A DNA stretch of 10,210 nucleotides, from NCBI GenBank assembly GCA_016867715.1, contig VGIW01000107.1, positions 1 to 10,210 of the forward strand. The letters run 5' to 3'. Under the pieces are notes generated by a model, which worked only from the letters and a program-made list of their open reading frames with translations, did no database searches and had not been told where the DNA came from. Both the position numbers and the translations under genes were made by a program. Positions 6,908 through 10,210 of this stretch are shown in pieces. How positions within the stretch are numbered: the first letter of the stretch is position 1; the number at the start of each line of letters is the position of its first letter. The DNA is from Candidatus Eiseniibacteriota bacterium (GTDB taxonomy: Bacteria > Orphanbacterota > Orphanbacteria > Orphanbacterales > Orphanbacteraceae).

Positions 6908-7013
6908 TGTATCGTGTCCCGGAATTCCCCCAACAGGGGATTTGTCCAATTCAGTATCGTGTCCCCGAATTTCTCGAATGACTTGATTCAGTATCGTGTC
7001 CCCGAATGTCTCC
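6908..7013 (+). repeat. three direct repeats (T/C)(T/A)GTATCGTGTCCC(C/G)GAAT at 6908-6927, 6953-6970 and 6989-7006, with GGAATTCC and CCCC-CAACA-GGGG palindromes between the first and second copies
   Basis: The repeats were read directly from the sequence. They lie in a 572-bp intergenic region whose GC content is clearly lower than the window average. Confidence 0.75.
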
Positions 7014-7293
7014 CGATCGGTTGCGCCGGCGTTCCCGAGTCCCTGAACTCGGTGGATGCCCAGGTTGCACGGATTCCGTCGACGGTCGCCGGATTTCCTT
7101 CGCCGAGTTCCGCCGCGATCGGCTGCGCGATCCCCCGGTCGCATTGCATAAGAAGAGCTGATAGATCCGATTCAATCCGTGCGAAGAAAAAGTAGCCGCC
7201 CGTTCCCCGTTCTCACTACCTTGCCCTCATCGCTCGCCCGGTCGGTCCGAGCAAGGGAGGATCCGACCGGCACGCGAAACCGCGCTCGCCTCT

Positions 7294-7302
7294 CCCCCCC
7301 CC
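7294..7302. repeat. homopolymeric C9 tract 47 bp upstream of the secreted-protein start codon
   Basis: The sequence is ctCTCCCCCCCCCacggg. Confidence 0.8.
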
Positions 7303-7348
7303 ACGGGCGGCCGGAAACGAAACACCCTTCGAAAGGAGTATCCAGAGC

Positions 7349-8137
7349 GTGAAGAAGGTACGGATGTTTGTTGCGAGCTTCGCGGCGGTCCTCATGCTGG
7401 CCGGAACCGGCTCGGCCGTGATGACGAACACTTCGGGCGATCAGCCCCTCATCCACAGCGGGCACGTTCTCACGAGCCCGGCGGTCACATCGGTCGGTCG
7501 CATTCTCTACGCGCCTTCTGAAGACGATGATCCGGCGTATCGCGCGGCGATCTCGGCGGCGGCCGGCGGAGCGGTCGTCGATTACTTCGACGCTCGCGTC
7601 GCGACCCCTGACCTCCCGTTGCTCCGCGAGTACGACTGCGTGCACACGTGGGCCAACTACCCGTACGCGGACAACGTTCTCTTCGGCGACAACCTCGCCG
7701 AGTACGTCGATATCGGCGGGCACGTGGTTCTCGGCGTCTTCTGCACGTTCACCTTGGGGAACTACCTGAGCGGGGCGATCATGACGCCCGCGTACAGCCC
7801 GGTCGTCTCTCCCTCGGGGAGCAACCATTATTCCTACAGCGCGTACGACGGTCACGGAACGACCTGCATCCACTCGGGCGTGTCGGCCTACGGATCGTCC
7901 TATCGTGACATGCTCGCGCTCCAGGGCGGCGGCCTCGTCGCCGGCAACTTCCAGGACGGCGAGATCGCCCACGCGTATCGCCCCGACTTCGCTGTGGTCT
8001 ACAGCAACGGCTCCGGCGGTTATCCGATCTACGGCGACGGCGACTGGCCGCTCCTCCTCGCGAACTCGTGCGCCTGCGACGGGTCGACCGCGGTCGAGGA
8101 GACGACCTGGGGCCGCGTGAAGACGTTCTTCCGGTAG
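7349..8137 (+). CDS. secreted Tyr/Gly/Ser-rich hypothetical protein, 262 aa with a Sec signal peptide
   Basis: The GTG at 7349 has an AAAGGAG Shine-Dalgarno sequence at 7332-7338. The signal peptide is MKKVRMFVASFAAVLMLAGTGSA. The mature protein is rich in Y, G and S, has 6 Cys and ends …CACDGSTAVEETTWGRVKTFFR. I recognise no domain. The stop codon is TAG 8135-8137. Confidence 0.7.
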   Translation: MKKVRMFVASFAAVLMLAGTGSAVMTNTSGDQPLIHSGHVLTSPAVTSVGRILYAPSEDDDPAYRAAISAAAGGAVVDYFDARVATPDLPLLREYDCVHTWANYPYADNVLFGDNLAEYVDIGGHVVLGVFCTFTLGNYLSGAIMTPAYSPVVSPSGSNHYSYSAYDGHGTTCIHSGVSAYGSSYRDMLALQGGGLVAGNFQDGEIAHAYRPDFAVVYSNGSGGYPIYGDGDWPLLLANSCACDGSTAVEETTWGRVKTFFR

Positions 8138-8166
8138 ATCGACGATTCTCATTGGAACCCTTGCAG

Positions 8167-8198
8167 GGGCGGCTCCGCGCAAGGAGCCGCCCATTTTC
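8167..8198 (+). terminator. Rho-independent terminator
   Basis: A 10-bp stem GGGCGGCTCC/GGAGCCGCCC with loop GCGCAA is followed by ATTTTC, about 30 bp after the stop codon. Confidence 0.65.
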
Positions 8199-8265
8199 GC
8201 GGGGACCCGAACCCCTCGCTTCGCGCGCGGCGGAAGCGCCCCGAGCGTCCGCTCTCGGAAGCCAC

Positions 8266-8294
8266 TTGCAGCAGGTCGCTCAACCCGGTAACCT
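8266..8294 (+). promoter_or_regulatory. candidate promoter for the second tRNA/ffs cluster (TTGCAG, 17-bp spacer, TAACCT)
   Basis: Only a hexamer match. It is followed by a GGCGGGC…GCCCGCC hairpin before tRNA-Ser at 8379. Confidence 0.3.
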
Positions 8295-8378
8295 ACCGGG
8301 GAGGATGCTCGAGACTCGAGGCGGGCCTTCGGTCCTTTGCAAGCCGCCCGCCCGAAAGCCGCGAGGTCCATCCTCGCC

Positions 8379-8465
8379 GGAGAGATGCCGGAGTGGTTGA
8401 ACGGGACGGTCTCGAAAACCGTTGAGGGGGCAACCCCTCCGAGGGTTCGAATCCCTCTCTCTCCG
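8379..8465 (+). tRNA. tRNA-Ser (anticodon CGA), type II, with CCA encoded
   Basis: The acceptor stem is GGAGAGA/TCTCTCC. The anticodon stem is ACGGT/ACCGT and the loop CTCGAAA gives anticodon CGA. There is a long variable arm (GAGGGGGCAACCCCTCC), T arm GAGGG-TTCGAAT-CCCTC and discriminator G, then CCA. Confidence 0.9.
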
Positions 8466-8543
8466 CCAGCGACGCGCGCGCGAGAAGCCGCCGGAGAGGA
8501 CTCGGAACCGGGTGACGTCTTCCTCCGGAGCTGATAGAATGCC

Positions 8544-8630
8544 GGAGAGTTGCGAGAGCGGTTGAATCGGCGTGATTGGAAATCACGTGTACGGGCAACC
8601 GTACCGAGGGTTCGAATCCCTCACTCTCCG
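8544..8630 (+). tRNA. tRNA-Ser (anticodon GGA), type II, with CCA encoded
   Basis: The acceptor stem is GGAGAGT/ACTCTCC. The anticodon stem is CGTGA/TCACG and the loop TTGGAAA gives anticodon GGA. There is a long variable arm (TGTACGGGCAACCGTACC), T loop TTCGAAT and discriminator G, then CCA. Confidence 0.9.
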
Positions 8631-8680
8631 CCATCAATGGGCGCGGCCGCTCGGGCCGCCGTTTGGTCGAGAGTCGGGTC

Positions 8681-8753
8681 GGGGATGTAGCTCAGTTGGG
8701 AGAGCGCTGCCTTCGCAAGGCAGAGGTCGGCGGTTCGATCCCGCTCATCTCCA
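8681..8753 (+). tRNA. tRNA-Ala (anticodon CGC), with CCA encoded
   Basis: The acceptor stem GGGGATG/CATCTCC carries the G3:U70 alanine identity pair. The D arm is GCTC-AGTTGGGA-GAGC. The anticodon loop TTCGCAA gives anticodon CGC. The T loop is TTCGATC and the discriminator is A, then CCA. Confidence 0.9.
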
Positions 8754-8775
8754 CCATTTCATTGATTGATCAAGG

Positions 8776-9092
8776 GTCGCCGCCTGAACAGTGTGGGTCG
8801 TGCTAGACGGGGAGTTAGCGGTGCCCTGAACCCGCAATCCGCTCCAGCGGGGTTGAATCCCTTTCCGAGGCCCGGCCTCGGCGGAGGCAGGGAACGAGAG
8901 ACGGCGTGGAAGGCCAGGTCCCGCGCGATGGGGGACCGTGAACCCCGTCAGGACCGGAAGGTAGCAGCGGTAAGCGGATCTTTCCATGCGCCGCGGGCTC
9001 GCTTGGTCTGAGCCGCGCTCTCGCCGACCGCTTCGTCCGGGAGGGTCGACGAAAGGTGCACGGCCTACTCCTCTCGTCCGGGTGAAACGCGG
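8776..9092 (+). ncRNA. ffs: signal recognition particle RNA, long form with extended helix 5; boundaries approximate
   Basis: The domain IV motif GTCAGGACCGGAAGGTAGCAGC at 8947-8968 matches the consensus GUCAGGNCCGGAAGGNAGCAGC, with the GGAA tetraloop at 8956-8959. Hand pairing shows that 8917-8935 pairs with 8980-9000 (CCCGCGCGAUGGGGGA with UCUUUCCAUGCGCCGCGGG). Further out, 5' GGCCAGG pairs with 3' CUUGGUC, and CGAGAGACGGCG at 8895-8906 pairs with CGCCGCGCUCUCG at 9012-9024. The helix is therefore longer than in a 4.5S-type RNA. The location immediately upstream of dnaX is the classical ffs position. Confidence 0.75.
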
Positions 9093-9116
9093 CGCCAGCG
9101 AAAGGCGGTTCCTCCG

Positions 9117-10210
9117 GTGAGCTATCTCGTTCTCGCCCGCAAGTGGCGCCCCGCGCGCTTCTCGGATCTCGTGGGCCAGGCGCACGTGGCCCGCACGCTC
9201 GAGAACGCCATCCGCCAGGAGTGCGTCGCGCACGCGTATCTCTTCGCCGGGCCGCGCGGGGTGGGGAAGACCTCGACCGCGCGCATCCTTGCCGCCGCCC
9301 TGAACTGCGAGAAGGGGCCGACCCCCGAACCGTGCGGGACCTGCCCGCACTGCCGGGAGATCGCCGCCGGCCGAAGCCTCGACGTCCTCGAGATCGACGG
9401 CGCCTCGAACCGCGGGATCGACGAGGTCCGCGACCTCCGCGAGAACGTCCGCTACATGGCCTCCGCCGGGAAGCGGAAGGTCTACATCATCGACGAAGTT
9501 CATATGTTAACCGTCGAGGCGTTCAACGCTCTTCTCAAGACGCTCGAGGAGCCCCCCTCGCACGTCCTCTTCGTGTTCGCGACGACCCGACCGACGAAGG
9601 TCCCCGCGACGATCCTCTCGCGGACGATCCGCTTCGATTTCCGCCGCATCGACGCGAAGAGCATCGTCGGGCGCCTCGAGGCGATCGTGAAAGCGGAGAA
9701 GATCGAAGCGGAGGAGAAGGCGCTCCATCTTGTCGCGCGCGCGGCGGACGGAAGCATGCGCGACGCGCTCTCGCTCCTCGAGCAGGCGCGCGCCTTCGGA
9801 GGCGGGAAGCTCGCGGCGGCGGAGACGGAGGAGGCGCTCGGGATTGTCGACGAAAACCATCTCTTCGCGATCTCCGCGGCGGCCCGCGCGGGGGATCCGC
9901 TCGCCGCGATGACCACGATCGACGAGGCGGCGAGCCGGGGGCGGGATCCTTCCGATTTCCTCATCGCCCTCGAGGAGCACTTTCGGAACCTCCTCGTCGC
10001 GCGCGTGAGCAAGAACCCGGGCGCCCTGATCGACGCCGCCGAGGAGACGATCGCGCGCTACCGAGAGGAGGCGGCCGCCTTCCACCCGGACGATCTCATT
10101 CGCATGCTCACTCTTCTCGGAGAGGGAGGGCGGGAGATTCGCTTCTCGCAGAAACCGCGCCTCGTCCTCGAGATGCTCCTTCTTCGTCTCGTTCGCATGG
10201 ACTCGACCGT
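9117..10210 (+). CDS. dnaX: DNA polymerase III subunit gamma/tau, 3'-truncated at the window edge
   Basis: The GTG at 9117 has an AAAGG motif about 9 nt upstream. The N-terminus is LARKWRPARFSDLVGQ. The Walker A motif is GPRGVGKTS and the zinc module is CxxCxxC…C (CGTCPHC). The Walker B motif is YIIDEVHML, and sensor and Arg-finger regions follow (LLKTLEEPP, SRT). The frame is open to the window end. Confidence 0.95.
   Translation, partial: MSYLVLARKWRPARFSDLVGQAHVARTLENAIRQECVAHAYLFAGPRGVGKTSTARILAAALNCEKGPTPEPCGTCPHCREIAAGRSLDVLEIDGASNRGIDEVRDLRENVRYMASAGKRKVYIIDEVHMLTVEAFNALLKTLEEPPSHVLFVFATTRPTKVPATILSRTIRFDFRRIDAKSIVGRLEAIVKAEKIEAEEKALHLVARAADGSMRDALSLLEQARAFGGGKLAAAETEEALGIVDENHLFAISAAARAGDPLAAMTTIDEAASRGRDPSDFLIALEEHFRNLLVARVSKNPGALIDAAEETIARYREEAAAFHPDDLIRMLTLLGEGGREIRFSQKPRLVLEMLLLRLVRMDST

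Noticed and set aside
8138-8378. Possible small gene between the secreted-protein gene and the tRNA-Ser(CGA) gene
   Set aside because: A terminator hairpin plus a promoter-like hexamer pair and a GC hairpin account for the 240 bp. There is no ORF with coding-like composition.
1178-8465. Genomic island integrated at a tRNA-Ser gene (tRNA genes flank a roughly 6.6-kb block with identical 19-nt T-arm repeats)
   Set aside because: There is no integrase, excisionase or other mobile-element gene between them. The GC content of the genes matches the flanks. The repeat identity is explained by T-arm conservation among serine isoacceptors.

Overview
This is a high-GC (about 68-70%) bacterial chromosomal segment built around housekeeping RNA genes and cell-envelope genes. 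There is no obvious mobile element, CRISPR array or defence system.

Gene order:
- 3' part of an AAA+ ATPase of the DUF4143 family (+).
- A sigma70-type promoter, then a tRNA cluster: Ser(TGA), Ser(GCT), a roughly 200-bp unexplained spacer, Arg(ACG), and a strong terminator.
- A minus-strand hypothetical gene interrupted by an in-frame TAG.
- A 178-bp spacer packed with perfect 15-bp palindromes.
- A TolB-like Ig plus PD40 beta-propeller lipoprotein (-).
- Divergently from it, a GT39/PMT-type membrane glycosyltransferase fused to TPR repeats (+).
- A repeat-rich spacer, then tadA (+).
- A 572-bp lower-GC spacer with three direct repeats and a C9 tract.
- A Tyr/Gly/Ser-rich secreted protein of unknown function (+) and its terminator.
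- A second tRNA cluster: Ser(CGA), Ser(GGA), Ala(CGC).
- A long-form SRP RNA (ffs).
- The 5' part of dnaX (+).

All four serine tRNA isoacceptors sit within 7.5 kb.

The most unusual signal is a family of at least 13 copies of an 11-bp palindrome GTAYC-N-GRTAC. The copies occur only in three intergenic regions, as tandem palindromes and as short periodic direct-repeat arrays. They look like REP/BIME-like elements or operator arrays of an undescribed regulon.
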